Shown: positions 39,991 through 50,437, counted from the stretch's first letter. The stretch is 64,000 bases of DNA from Elainellaceae cyanobacterium (GCA_051117555.1 JBNPEG010000017.1:23763-87762), one strand, 5' to 3'. Translations and numbers: made by a program. The notes: generated by a model not told the origin, from the letters alone.

Positions 39991-41301
39991 ATGGATTCTG
40001 GCGGTCTATCCAATAACACACTCCCAGAACAGTTAATCGACCTCGCGCTTCGTTCTGGTGCCGGAGCAGCTGAGGTATTTCAATCACAGTCATTGTCTCG
40101 CCCGGTCTTTTTTGAAGCAAATCGGTTAAAGCAATTAGAGAGTTCTCAGTCGGAAGGGATTGCGCTGCGACTCTGGTTTGAAGGCAGTCCTGGGCTGGCA
40201 GTGGCGTATGGTTCGGTAGAGCCACAAGTCTTAGTTGATCGGGCGATCGCCCTGAGCCATCTCAATGAACCCGAAACAATAGAGCTCACTCCCGCCTCTA
40301 GAGCGTCGTATCCAGATTTAGGAAAGACGATTCCGGTTAAACAACTGATTGACTGGGGCATGGAGGCGATCGCCCTAGTTCGCCAATCCTATCCTGAGAT
40401 TCTTTGCACGGCTGAATGGGAATGCGAGGCAGAACTCACCCGCCTTGTAAATTCTCACGGCTTAGATTTGAGCTATACCGATACAACGCTCAGTTGCTAC
40501 ATGTCGGCGGAGTGGGTGCGCGGGGACGATTTTTTGAGCGTGTCTGATGGGCAAACCCAACGGTGCTATCTTGACCCCACCGCCCTTGCCGAACAAATCA
40601 TTCAGCGACTTCAGTGGTCAGAAGCCAACACCCCAGCTATCAGCGGCCACATGCCTATTCTGTTTACCTCAAAAGCGGCGGATATGCTTTGGGGAACCGT
40701 CCAAGCAGCGCTCAACGGTAAGCGGGTGATCGAACGAGCCTCTCCCTGGAGCGATCGCATTGGGGAGTTGGTCACCTCATCATCATTGACGCTTTGCCAA
40801 CAACCCGATGAGGGGCCATACAGTTGCCCGTTTGATGACGAGGGGACTCCCACCCAGCCGATCACTTACCTTAAAGAGGGCATATTGCAGCTCTTTTATA
40901 CCGATCGCACGACGGGGAGATCCCTTGGGAGCGGCACAACAGGTAACGGCTTTCGTCCTAGCCTAGGAAGCTACCCAACTCCTGGGCTGTTTAACATTTT
41001 GATTGAACCGGGCTCAAAGTCGCTTCCAGAACTCATTCAATCGCTCGATCGCGGTATTATTGTCGACCAGATGCTCGGCGGTGGGGCAGGCATTTCGGGC
41101 GAATTTTCGGTGAATGTCGAGCTGGGATACCGAATTCACAATGGCAACATTGTCGGTCGCATCAAAGACACGATGGTCGCTGGAAACGTTTATACCGCGC
41201 TAAAACAGCTTGCCGAAATCGGCTCTGATGCCGCCTGGAATGGCCCATGTTACACTCCCTCCATCATCGTCGAAGGGTTATCTACCATTGGTAGAGCTTA
41301 G
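39991..41301 (+). CDS. pmbA: TldD/PmbA family protein (PmbA/TldE type)
   Basis: PFDDEG, TTGNGFR, SGEFS, MVAGN. No HExxxH motif. Confidence 0.88.
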   Translation: MDSGGLSNNTLPEQLIDLALRSGAGAAEVFQSQSLSRPVFFEANRLKQLESSQSEGIALRLWFEGSPGLAVAYGSVEPQVLVDRAIALSHLNEPETIELTPASRASYPDLGKTIPVKQLIDWGMEAIALVRQSYPEILCTAEWECEAELTRLVNSHGLDLSYTDTTLSCYMSAEWVRGDDFLSVSDGQTQRCYLDPTALAEQIIQRLQWSEANTPAISGHMPILFTSKAADMLWGTVQAALNGKRVIERASPWSDRIGELVTSSSLTLCQQPDEGPYSCPFDDEGTPTQPITYLKEGILQLFYTDRTTGRSLGSGTTGNGFRPSLGSYPTPGLFNILIEPGSKSLPELIQSLDRGIIVDQMLGGGAGISGEFSVNVELGYRIHNGNIVGRIKDTMVAGNVYTALKQLAEIGSDAAWNGPCYTPSIIVEGLSTIGRA

Positions 41302-41390
41302 CCCAAATTATTCATGCCCTTTGTATGGTTAGAGACGGAGTATCGGATAAGGTTCGTTGTCGAAAGGTAGAGCATCATCGATGAAGCTTC

Positions 41391-41874
41391 AAGAATCGCG
41401 CACGATGATCTGAGAATCGTTCGTGATGATCCGAGAATCGTTCATGATAATCCAAGAATCGCGCACGATGATCTAAGAATCCCTCGTGATGATCTAAGAA
41501 TCACTCGTGATAATCCAAGAATCGCGCACGATGATCCAAGAATCGCGCACGATGATCCGAGAATCGCTCGTGATAATCCAAGAATCACGCACGATGATCT
41601 TGAGAATCGCTCGTGATAATCCAAGAATCACTCGTGATGATCTAAGAATCCCTCGCGATGATCAAAGAATCGCGCACGATGATCTGAGAATCGCTCGTGA
41701 TAATCCAAGAATCCCTCGCGATGATCCGAGAATCGCTCGTGATAATCCAAGAATCACTCGTGATGATTTGAGAATCACTCGTGATGATTTGAGAATCCCT
41801 CGTGATAATCCAAGAATCCCTTGGGATGCTCCGAGAATCCCTTGGGATGCTCCGAGAATCGCGCACGATGATCG
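41391..41874. repeat. 21-bp-period tandem array, 23 units
   Basis: Units like AAGAATCGCGCACGATGATCC and GAGAATCGCTCGTGATAATCC. One 22-bp unit at 41580. Confidence 0.95.
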
Positions 41875-41930
41875 ATACCAATCCGGTCATCCTAATCCTG
41901 ATATCTGGAGAGCGTTTAGGTTTTCGTGTA

Positions 41931-42033
41931 ATACCAATTCTTCAAAGTAAGGCTACAAATGAACAGGCTAGAACCCTTGCAAGGCTGATGACCGTCAATC
42001 CAAAATCGCAAATCCAAAATCGAGAATTGGTAT
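41931..42033. mobile_element. MITE-like element ATACCAATTC...GAATTGGTAT with STRR-like heptamers
   Basis: Terminal inverted repeats with an internal AATCCAAAATCG repeat. Confidence 0.65.
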
Positions 42034-42283
42034 AAGTGCGACCGTCCTCGGTCGCGTGTGCCCTAACCGTGGGGATATGAGCGAGACGTTATGCTCCGCA
42101 TTGCCAGGGCAAACGCACTTTTACACAAAATTCTGTACAGTCTCTGAGGGTCTAACCTATCTCGCGCCATGATCTGACTATCAAGTGTGATTGCCCGAAT
42201 TTCAACCGCGATTATTCAAAATTTCCCGCGATCGCCCGACGTCACCCCATCTGGGATTGCTATATGGGTCGCTAATTGTGAAA

Positions 42284-43912
42284 CTAATATTCAATCTCTT
42301 CCCCCGGCAAGGCTGGCACAAGGTCAGGTGGTTGACGAACTTGAGTCGCCTGCTCAAACGCATAGGCAAAACCGAGGAGCTTGGGTTCGCTGTAGGCGTC
42401 TGCCATAAACGATAGCCCCACCGGTAGCCCGTGAGACGTATATCCCATCGGCAGGGTGACATCAGGGAATCCGGCAATATTCGCTAAATACCCCGCCGTG
42501 TAAGGATCGCCCACATTACAAACATACGTTGGGTCATCCGTATCAAATAGGGGGCTTGCCGGACACGCCATCGTGGGATAGATAATCGCGTCTAGGGTCT
42601 CTAGATCCATCTGGCTAAGAATTTGACTGCGAACCGCCGGGATTTTGTTAGACACAGCATATAAATATCCGGTATCTGCCAACCCCGCGCTCTCTTCAGA
42701 CTCGACAAATCCTGAAATTCGCCCCGGATTAACGGGCGTTTCTGAGGTCACAACATCAGGCGACATGCTGATCGCGATAATGTCGCTCAGCGTTTTAGGA
42801 AATCCGCGAGCCAGGGTGGACAAATAGAGCTCAAGTTGGGGTTCAAACTCTGCTGTGACTGCCGGACTCATGACGCTCCACCCCGATTGCAGCATTTCTG
42901 AAAATTGAACATCCACCACGGTGGCACCCAACTCTTCTAACCTGGCGATCGCCTGTTCTGTCAGCTCATCGACCTCTGGATTGCCGCCTAAAAAATCGCG
43001 CGCTATCCCAATCCTGGCACCGTCTAGAGAATCGGCATCTAAAAATTGGGTGTAGTCGGTGTAGAACTGCCCTTCGCTTTCGAGCGTGCGCGGGTCGCTG
43101 AGGTCAATACCCGTCATAAATCCAAGGGCGATCGCAGCATCGGTGACCGTCCGCGCCATTGGCCCTCCAACATCAAACGACAAGGTCAGGGGAACGATCC
43201 CGTCGCGGCTGGTGAGTCCAAGCGTTGGCTTAATGCCCACCAGTCCCGTCACCGAGGCAGGTCCGCGAATAGAGCCTGCGGTGTCGGTTCCGGTTCCAAA
43301 GACTGCAAAATTTGCGGCGATCGCGGCGGCTGTGCCACTGCTTGAGCCTGACGCATTGCGCGATCGCCGATAGGGATTTAGGGTTAACCCACCCAGCGAA
43401 CTGTATCCCAAGCGTCCGTAGGAGAGGGCAAACTCGCTCATATTGGCTTTGCCGAGAATGATAGCGCCTGCCTCTCGAAGCTGCTGAACCACAAATGCAT
43501 CATCGGGCGGCATAGAGCCTTTGAGCGTAATCGACCCGGCGCTAGTCGGCAAGTCTACCGTGTCGTAGTTATCTTTGAGAATGATTGGCATTCCGTGGAG
43601 TATGCTGCGGGCTCCGTCAGTTTGCCGTTCTTGATCAAGGGCTTGAGCAAGTGCGATCGCATTTGGGTTGAGCGTGATTAGAGAATTGATTGCGGGGCCT
43701 TGTTGGTCATAAGCAGCAATGCGATTGAGATAAAGCTGAACCAACTGCTCTGATGTGAGTGCTCCGGCCTCAAAGGCTTGATTGATATCGGTAATGGTGG
43801 CGTCTGTTAACCGAAACGTTTCTGCCAATGCGGTTTGAACACCTGTCAAGAAGACGATTGCAGAGGTGGAAACCGTGGCGATCGCCCACCTTACCCATGT
43901 CGAATTGCCCAT
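42284..43912 (-). CDS. Amidase-signature enzyme with a signal peptide
   Basis: LKDN, GKANMSE, GSSSG, GTDTAGSIRGPA (Ser-cisSer-Lys triad). N-terminal ALA cleavage site. Confidence 0.93.
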   Translation of the reverse strand: MGNSTWVRWAIATVSTSAIVFLTGVQTALAETFRLTDATITDINQAFEAGALTSEQLVQLYLNRIAAYDQQGPAINSLITLNPNAIALAQALDQERQTDGARSILHGMPIILKDNYDTVDLPTSAGSITLKGSMPPDDAFVVQQLREAGAIILGKANMSEFALSYGRLGYSSLGGLTLNPYRRSRNASGSSSGTAAAIAANFAVFGTGTDTAGSIRGPASVTGLVGIKPTLGLTSRDGIVPLTLSFDVGGPMARTVTDAAIALGFMTGIDLSDPRTLESEGQFYTDYTQFLDADSLDGARIGIARDFLGGNPEVDELTEQAIARLEELGATVVDVQFSEMLQSGWSVMSPAVTAEFEPQLELYLSTLARGFPKTLSDIIAISMSPDVVTSETPVNPGRISGFVESEESAGLADTGYLYAVSNKIPAVRSQILSQMDLETLDAIIYPTMACPASPLFDTDDPTYVCNVGDPYTAGYLANIAGFPDVTLPMGYTSHGLPVGLSFMADAYSEPKLLGFAYAFEQATQVRQPPDLVPALPGEEIEY

Positions 43913-43940
43913 AACGCCCCAACACCTTGAACACTCGGCT

Positions 43941-43982
43941 ACCCTAGCGCGGGGATGTTGAGCAAGTCGTTACAAGAGCTAC
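43941..43982 (-). promoter_or_regulatory. Putative NtcA-activated class II promoter
   Basis: Minus strand reads GTAGCTCTTGTAAC, 22 nt, then TAGGGT (TAN3T). Confidence 0.55.
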
Positions 43983-43995
43983 ATTTTTTCACTAC

Positions 43996-44029
43996 AAAAA
44001 CCCTCTGCGTAAATGCAAGAGGGTTTTTT
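43996..44029. terminator. Intrinsic, probably bidirectional, terminator
   Basis: AAAAACCCTCT...AGAGGGTTTTTT downstream of the repeat-protein gene. Confidence 0.75.
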
Positions 44030-44068
44030 AAAGCGGGAGCAACGCTTGAGTGTTCGTTGAGATGCGGT

Positions 44069-44662
44069 CTAATGTCCTACCCCTTGAATGATTTCATCAC
44101 GCTGACGTTCGCCGAGTTGATTGCCCTGTCCATCGATGAATTCATCACGCTGGCGATCGGAGAGTTGATTGCCCTGTCCGTCGATGAACTCATCACGTTG
44201 ACGCTCAGATAGCTTGTTACCTTGTCCGCTGATGAACTCATCACGCTGGCGATCGGAGAGTTGATTGCCTTGTCCGTCAATGAATTCATCGCGTTGACGG
44301 TCCGATAGCTGATTGCCTTGTCCGCTTACAAATTCATCGCGTTGACGCTCAGATAGCTTGTTACCCTGTCCATCGATGAACTCGTCACGCTGGCGGTCCG
44401 AAAGCTGATTGCCTTGTCCGCTTACAAATTCATCGCGTTGACGCTCAGATAGCTTGTTACCTTGTCCGCTGATGAACTCATCACGCTGACGCTCAGATAG
44501 CTTGTTACCTTGTCCGCTGATGAACTCATCACGCTGGCGATCGGAGAGTGAGACCGTTGACTGACGTGACTCTTGGGAAACGATCTCTGCTCGAACGGTA
44601 GAAGGCACGATAATAGCAGACAATGCAACGAGAGACAGACCTGCAAAAATAGCGCGTTTCAT
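44069..44662 (-). CDS. Secreted protein of ten 16-aa tandem repeats
   Basis: Signal peptide (VRA), then LS[DE]RQRDEF[IV][SD]GQGN[KQ] ten times. CAGGAG RBS 7 nt before the ATG. Confidence 0.9.
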   Translation of the reverse strand: MKRAIFAGLSLVALSAIIVPSTVRAEIVSQESRQSTVSLSDRQRDEFISGQGNKLSERQRDEFISGQGNKLSERQRDEFVSGQGNQLSDRQRDEFIDGQGNKLSERQRDEFVSGQGNQLSDRQRDEFIDGQGNQLSDRQRDEFISGQGNKLSERQRDEFIDGQGNQLSDRQRDEFIDGQGNQLGERQRDEIIQGVGH

Positions 44663-44860
44663 AATCATTCTCCTGGTAATCTTGAATCCGTGTGTAGTTG
44701 AAATTTTGTTTGAGTGGGTTTCGGTTCGTTGATTACTAGAATGCGCTTCAACCCTGAGTCATCTCTGACCATTACCTGAGAAACTGATAAGAGTCTGCTG
44801 GGAAACCTGAGACGATCCTTTTTTTAGGCTGAGGAATTTGAATAGGGGTAGAGGTTTTAC

Positions 44861-45469
44861 ATGGAGCTAAAGCAGCGGCTCAAAAATGTCAACATCTACC
44901 TAATTGGTATGATGGGGGCTGGAAAATCTACCGTTGGGCGCGTCATAGCAGACGCGCTAGGCTATCGATTTATCGATGTAGATGATGTGATTGAACAGGT
45001 GACTCATCGGGCGATCGCCCAAATTTTTTCAGAATCTGGAGAGGAGGCATTTCGAGACATCGAAGCTCAGGTTTTGGCTGAGTTGTCAGCCTATCCACGA
45101 CTGGCGATCGCCACAGGAGGAGGAATCGTGCTGAGGCGACAAAATTGGAGCTATCTTCATCATGGAATCGTGGTTTGGCTTGATGCCCCCGTTGAAGTAC
45201 TTTATGCTCGACTGCAAGGCAATACGACCCGTCCTCTCCTACAGACTCCAAATCCGCAACAAAAACTTCAAGACATTCTCCACCATCGACAGTCTCTCTA
45301 TGCCCAAGCTGACGTTCGAGTCCCGATTTCTTCAAATGAGTCTCCCCATCTGCTCGCAAATCGCATTCTCGATGCGATCGCCCAGGTTCTCAAACCAGAA
45401 TCATCCCCCGTTCCTCTTGATCTAGACCCTACCCAATCCTCATTCAACGATCACGCCACCGATGCTTAA
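44861..45469 (+). CDS. aroK: Shikimate kinase
   Basis: [26 protein letters not shown]. Confidence 0.96.
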   Translation: MELKQRLKNVNIYLIGMMGAGKSTVGRVIADALGYRFIDVDDVIEQVTHRAIAQIFSESGEEAFRDIEAQVLAELSAYPRLAIATGGGIVLRRQNWSYLHHGIVVWLDAPVEVLYARLQGNTTRPLLQTPNPQQKLQDILHHRQSLYAQADVRVPISSNESPHLLANRILDAIAQVLKPESSPVPLDLDPTQSSFNDHATDA

Positions 45470-46355
45470 CAACAGCGAATATATTCAAAAAGCCGAAGCG
45501 ACCCGCGTTCGCGTCTTGAGTGAAGCGCTTCCCTACATTCAACAATTCTCAGGACGCACTATCGTCGTCAAATACGGCGGCGCAGCGATGAAAGACAGTG
45601 ACCTGAAAGCCAAGGTCATGCGCGATATTGTGTTTCTCTCCTGCGTCGGGTTGCGCCCGGTTGTTGTTCATGGAGGGGGGCCAGAGATTAACTCCTGGCT
45701 TGGGAAAATCGGCATCGAGCCCCAGTTTAAGAACGGCTTACGGGTCACGGATGCGGCCACGATGGATGTGGTCGAAATGGTACTTGTGGGTCGGGTCAAT
45801 AAGGAAATCGTCTCGCTCATCAACCGAGCGGGTGGGTCTGCGGTTGGGCTCTGTGGCAAAGACGCGAATTTGATTCGAGCACGCCCTCAGGGTGAAACCG
45901 GAATTGGATTTGTAGGCGAAGTCAACAGCATGGATGCCAAGCTGGTTGAGTCGCTCGTAACCACTGGTTATATTCCAGTTGTGTCGAGCGTAGCAGCGGA
46001 TGAAGCCGGGCAAGCCTACAACATTAATGCCGATACGGTCGCAGGCGAATTGGCGGCGGCTCTCAATGCCGAAAAGCTTATCCTCTTGACCGATACGCCA
46101 GGCATTTTAAAAGATCGAGACGACGCTGCCTCCCTAATTGCCAAAATGGATATCCAAACGGCCCGTCGTTTGATAAGCGACGGCATTGTCGGAGGCGGCA
46201 TGATTCCAAAAGTGAGCTGTTGCGTGCGATCGCTCGCCCAAGGCGTTAGAGCGGCACACATCATCGATGGACGCATCCCGCATGCTCTGCTACTCGAAAT
46301 TTTCACCGACGCCGGGATCGGTTCGATGATCGTCGCATCCGAGTTTATCGGTTAA
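45462..46355 (+). CDS. argB: Acetylglutamate kinase
   Basis: [27 protein letters not shown]. Confidence 0.98.
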   Translation: MLNNSEYIQKAEATRVRVLSEALPYIQQFSGRTIVVKYGGAAMKDSDLKAKVMRDIVFLSCVGLRPVVVHGGGPEINSWLGKIGIEPQFKNGLRVTDAATMDVVEMVLVGRVNKEIVSLINRAGGSAVGLCGKDANLIRARPQGETGIGFVGEVNSMDAKLVESLVTTGYIPVVSSVAADEAGQAYNINADTVAGELAAALNAEKLILLTDTPGILKDRDDAASLIAKMDIQTARRLISDGIVGGGMIPKVSCCVRSLAQGVRAAHIIDGRIPHALLLEIFTDAGIGSMIVASEFIG

Positions 46356-46365
46356 TTTAATTGAT

Positions 46366-46857
46366 TCAATATCGATAGCACGCCCGTTGCAGATTGCCGA
46401 GTTCTATACAGTTTTCTAAATCGCTGCTCATCGGAATACTGATTCGGCGCGGTTCGCGATGGCGATAGCGACCATAGCGATCAGATTCAACAATCACCGG
46501 ATTGACCAGCGTTGAGTCGATAATCGTTGAATCAACCACCACCGGATTGACCAACGTCGAGTCAATGATCACACGAGATGGGCGATTATAACGAGAATAG
46601 GGCGATCGCCGGATCACTCGAATAGTTGTCCCAGGCTCCGAAATCCGTACGGTCGGAACGCGATCGCCATAGCGGATATGGCTATGAGGATTGCGTTCTA
46701 AATCAACGTAGATGCCTCGCCCTGCTACCTGACTCTGTCCTGAAATCACGACCTCAGCCGTAGCCGGCAACGTGGCAAATAGCCCCATGCCTGTTGCAAA
46801 TGCTAAGAGGGCTAAACCAGAGCGAAACCGACGAGTCGGAACAATTGGATGAAACAT
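46366..46857 (-). CDS. Hypothetical secreted protein
   Basis: Signal peptide (ATA), duplicated IIDSTLVNPV, C-terminal Cys pair. Confidence 0.7.
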   Translation of the reverse strand: MFHPIVPTRRFRSGLALLAFATGMGLFATLPATAEVVISGQSQVAGRGIYVDLERNPHSHIRYGDRVPTVRISEPGTTIRVIRRSPYSRYNRPSRVIIDSTLVNPVVVDSTIIDSTLVNPVIVESDRYGRYRHREPRRISIPMSSDLENCIELGNLQRACYRY

Positions 46858-47135
46858 GGTGGATTACCGCATAAGAGTGGATAAGTAGGGGCTTATGTGT
46901 AATGACTCACAGCCGATTTCCAGGTTTCTAAAGCTGTGTAGTACCTGAGTCAACTAAGCAGAATTAATCGAACAAGATTGACTGAATCAGGGTAATGGTG
47001 ATGCGGTTCCCTAAAGTAGTGTAATCAAGGCAAAGCAATTATTGCCTTAACTTTAGACTACCGCAGACGACCCAAATTTGCCTTGGGCGCTCGTCCCCCT
47101 AGAAGCCATTCGTCTGATTCGGTAGGCTAAATACT

Positions 47136-47666
47136 ATGAGCACCGAACAACTTGAACTCGCAAAATTTCAGTATCGCGCCGGGAAAGACGCCTTTGAACG
47201 GGGGCGCTATCGACAAGCCGTGCAATATCTTGAAAAAGCAGTGAGCCTGGTTAAACGCACCTCTCGATTGGGAGGCGAAATGCAAATTTGGCTCATCACT
47301 GCCTATGAAGCCGCAGAACAACGGGAAGATGCGATCGCCCTTTGCAATCAAATTAGTCGTCATCCTGACCCTGAAACCTCTAAACAGGGCAAACGGTTGC
47401 TATATATTCTTAAAGCACCCCGACTAAAAACTCGCCCAGAGTGGCTGACCCAGATTCCAGATTTGACCGCCCTAGATGAAATCTCTCAACAGGGGCAGGG
47501 GCTATCCAAATATACGCCGACGACTAAAAAGCCCAAGCGCCGCCCTCCGAAGAAGGAGCCTGAATTCGTTGATCTGAGTCAGGTCAACACCCAAGATAAT
47601 CAGTTTATCTGGTTTGCACTCGTGGCGATCGCGCTGACAATCGGCGGACTGTGGTGGGTGAGTTGA
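47136..47666 (+). CDS. TPR-containing protein with a C-terminal TM helix
   Basis: GKDAFERGRYRQAV TPR-like helix pair. Confidence 0.8.
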   Translation: MSTEQLELAKFQYRAGKDAFERGRYRQAVQYLEKAVSLVKRTSRLGGEMQIWLITAYEAAEQREDAIALCNQISRHPDPETSKQGKRLLYILKAPRLKTRPEWLTQIPDLTALDEISQQGQGLSKYTPTTKKPKRRPPKKEPEFVDLSQVNTQDNQFIWFALVAIALTIGGLWWVS

Positions 47667-47759
47667 CGATCAGGTTTTACGAGTGAATTACGTTACATGA
47701 ACTCACAACTCGAAACCCGTTCCCCTAAACTATAAGGATGAAATTTCAATCTCCCCCTT

Positions 47760-48647
47760 ATGTCTCGATTGCCCTATCACGTCCGGCACGGGTGTAATGT
47801 CTCCCTACCCCCTTATTCCGAACAGCGATCCCCCGCTCAACGATGGTTCATGAGATTGCCAAGAGGAGTTCGGGCGATCGCCCGTGGATTCCTACGACTG
47901 CGCCTTTTGTGGATTATTCTGGCATCACTCTGCCTCTCAGGATGCGTGCAATATGACGTCGGCATTGTTTATGCCGATCAGCATCACGGAAAAATTATTC
48001 AGCACATTAACCTTGCAGAGCGATTGACTCAGTTTAGCGGGGATGTCACCCACGACTGGTTAGAGAGCATTCAGACGAGAACACGAGACTTGGGTGGGCG
48101 CATTCAACGAGTATCTGATCACGAACTCGTAGCGACGATACCGTTTAACAACGGCGACGATTTGACAACCAAATTTAATCAGTTTTTTCAAGCCGAATCA
48201 TCGGATTCCGAATCTGCTGCTCAATCGATCCCTGACTTGCCCAATCTCTCATCACACCTCAGCCTCCATGAGAGCAATTTTCTCTTGGTACTCCGAAATC
48301 GCCTAACCTACCACATTGACCTGCGATCGCTCGATATGCTTGCATCTCAGGGCAATCTATTAATCAATCCGGGAAACCTTCTGAATCTAACGTTTAGTCT
48401 GACAACGCCGTGGGGAGCCCGCATTGTTGACGTATCAGACGTTTCTAGACAAGAGATTGCTCAGCAAGGGCAGCAGATTATCTGGACGCTTCACCCTGGA
48501 GTCGTCAATCATCTTGACATTGTGTTTTGGATACCGAGTCCACTCGGAATGGGTACGCTAATTATTATTATTGGGGTGGTAGCGGGGGCATTTTTAAGAC
48601 GACAAATTTTCTCATCTAGCCCGACGGCTATTGAATCTATTGAATAA
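47760..48647 (+). CDS. DUF3153 family lipoprotein
   Basis: LSGCV lipobox, IPFNNG..L and PSPLG.G. Start uncertain. Confidence 0.8.
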   Translation: MSRLPYHVRHGCNVSLPPYSEQRSPAQRWFMRLPRGVRAIARGFLRLRLLWIILASLCLSGCVQYDVGIVYADQHHGKIIQHINLAERLTQFSGDVTHDWLESIQTRTRDLGGRIQRVSDHELVATIPFNNGDDLTTKFNQFFQAESSDSESAAQSIPDLPNLSSHLSLHESNFLLVLRNRLTYHIDLRSLDMLASQGNLLINPGNLLNLTFSLTTPWGARIVDVSDVSRQEIAQQGQQIIWTLHPGVVNHLDIVFWIPSPLGMGTLIIIIGVVAGAFLRRQIFSSSPTAIESIE

Positions 48648-48847
48648 ATGATGCAGTATTTAGCCAGTAGCTGATGGATCAAGTGTATTATTTGCACGAA
48701 GCTGTTAGACTGGGCTCAGCGTCGGCTATTCGACTATATTTGTCACAAATCTTGATATATAGCGTTGAGTTGCATCAACGGGTTCAAGGTGTGCTAGATT
48801 CCCCGATAGTTTAAAGGTCAACATCCACAAGGTTGAGGGTTCATACG

Positions 48848-49213
48848 ATGCGCCAACTCAATTTCGTGATCATTTTTGTTATCTGTCTTGCGCTAGTCTT
48901 ATTCGGTATCGAAAATACTGAACCTGCTGTCATTCATATCATTAAAGGGATTGATGTCCGAGCTCCATTGTCGGTTGAGCTGCTCATCGCCATGGGGATC
49001 GGTGCGGTTCTTGCGTGGGTCTTTAGCGTATGGACTCATCTCCAGCGCTTTATCGACTCGGGACGAGAACTGCAACAACGGGAAGAGCGCATTCAGGAAT
49101 TGGAGCAAGATGTCGAACATTACAAAGTCGAACTCGAAGAGCAGCAGCGTCTTCTTCCTGCCTCACAAGCTGAGACAAAAGACGCAGAAGCCACTGAGGT
49201 GTTTGCTAAGTAG
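48848..49213 (+). CDS. LapA (DUF1049) family protein
   Basis: Two TM helices, F..EN motif, coiled-coil tail. Confidence 0.82.
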   Translation: MRQLNFVIIFVICLALVLFGIENTEPAVIHIIKGIDVRAPLSVELLIAMGIGAVLAWVFSVWTHLQRFIDSGRELQQREERIQELEQDVEHYKVELEEQQRLLPASQAETKDAEATEVFAK

Positions 49214-49281
49214 ACCATGACTGAGTAGAGTTCGATTGAATTTAAGGCGTATCTCTGCCAATTCTCTGGAAAAATCTTGAA

Positions 49282-49375
49282 TATAGCCATACGCTCTCGC
49301 GTTAGGACGTTAAACGTGTGGTGAGCCCCCGCGCCGCGGGGGCTCACCACACAAACCTAAACCCTACGGGCTATA
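49282..49375. mobile_element. MITE-like element TATAGCC...GGCTATA
   Basis: Short TIRs around the hairpin GTGTGGTGAGCCCCCGCG-C-CGCGGGGGCTCACCACAC. Confidence 0.65.
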
Positions 49376-49573
49376 TATTTTGCAGGATTTTTCTAACTAG
49401 CCATTTTTTCTCACCCTGACTCGGAATTGAGGCGTTGGTTCAAACATTTGCCTTCGATAGTTATCAGCTCATTGATCCTCATAGTCTATGGAGTCTATGG
49501 GTGCCATTCGTCCTTCTAGCCTTCATCGTAATGGCAGCTGTTTTCTTTGCTCGCATTCACATTCGATAACTCT

Positions 49574-50437
49574 ATGGCTCTTTCTCTCGCGCAAAATGCG
49601 ATCGCCATGCTAATCGATCTGGCTGAACGGGGAGAAATTGACCCGTGGGATGTCAAAGTTATCGACGTGGTCGATCGATTTCTGAGTCAACTCCAACCGG
49701 GCAAAAGCAGCGATGCGGCACATGCGCCGTATGAAGCCGATTTGTCAGAATCAGGGCAAGCCTTTTTGTATGCATCGGTGCTAGTTCTTCTCAAAGCCGA
49801 TAATCTGGCTCGATCAGAATCTCCAGACGCAGACGAGACGCTCAGTGATGATGAGTTCATCGAATCAGATGATTTATCAGAGCCCCGATTACCGCTTCAT
49901 TTAGAGCGCAAACTTCGTCGTCGTGCGGTTGCGCGTCCTCCTCAAAATCGTCGGGTTACCCTGAAAGAGCTAATTACTCAACTTGAGCTGATGACGGCGG
50001 CAGTCGCTGAACATCGGCCACGGGTTCGAGCACGGCGTCCGCGTCCTCAGCCTAAGAGTCAAGCAGTTCGGGCGATCGCCCAGCTTGCCCATCAAGAAAA
50101 TCTATCTGAGATTGCATCTATCCTAGAGCAGTTTCTCAGCGCCCATTGGCCTACTATCAGTGAAGGTCAGGAATGGTTGGATTTTGAGCTGCTATTAGAC
50201 TTTTGGGGAACTCCAGACATGCAGCAACAAGCCGGGGTTGAAAATTTTCAAGAATTGACCGGGCACTCTCCGCAGAGCGATCGCGTCGGAGTGTTTTGGG
50301 CGCTTCTATTCCTGTCGGCTCAATCTAAAGTCGAATTAGCTCAAGAAGAATTTTACAGCGATTTAAGGGTGCGCAGTCTCGCCGAACTATCAGAATCCGA
50401 ATTATCTGATTTGTCAGCGGTTGCATTGCCAGACTAA
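49574..50437 (+). CDS. scpA: Segregation/condensation protein A
   Basis: GEIDPWDV, R.VTL.ELI and FWALLFL...KVEL.Q kleisin motifs. Confidence 0.9.
   Translation: MALSLAQNAIAMLIDLAERGEIDPWDVKVIDVVDRFLSQLQPGKSSDAAHAPYEADLSESGQAFLYASVLVLLKADNLARSESPDADETLSDDEFIESDDLSEPRLPLHLERKLRRRAVARPPQNRRVTLKELITQLELMTAAVAEHRPRVRARRPRPQPKSQAVRAIAQLAHQENLSEIASILEQFLSAHWPTISEGQEWLDFELLLDFWGTPDMQQQAGVENFQELTGHSPQSDRVGVFWALLFLSAQSKVELAQEEFYSDLRVRSLAELSESELSDLSAVALPD

Noticed and set aside
41442..42035. ORFs on both strands over the second 21-bp array
   Set aside because: Repeat-derived and frameshifted by a 22-bp unit.
39991..44662. RiPP cluster (repeat precursor, PmbA, ABC exporters)
   Set aside because: No modifying enzyme. 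The precursor has a Sec-type signal, and pmbA and the ABC genes are on the opposite strand and are common housekeeping genes.
46896..46911. Crp-like site TGTGT-N6-TCACA
   Set aside because: Single imperfect match with no supporting context.
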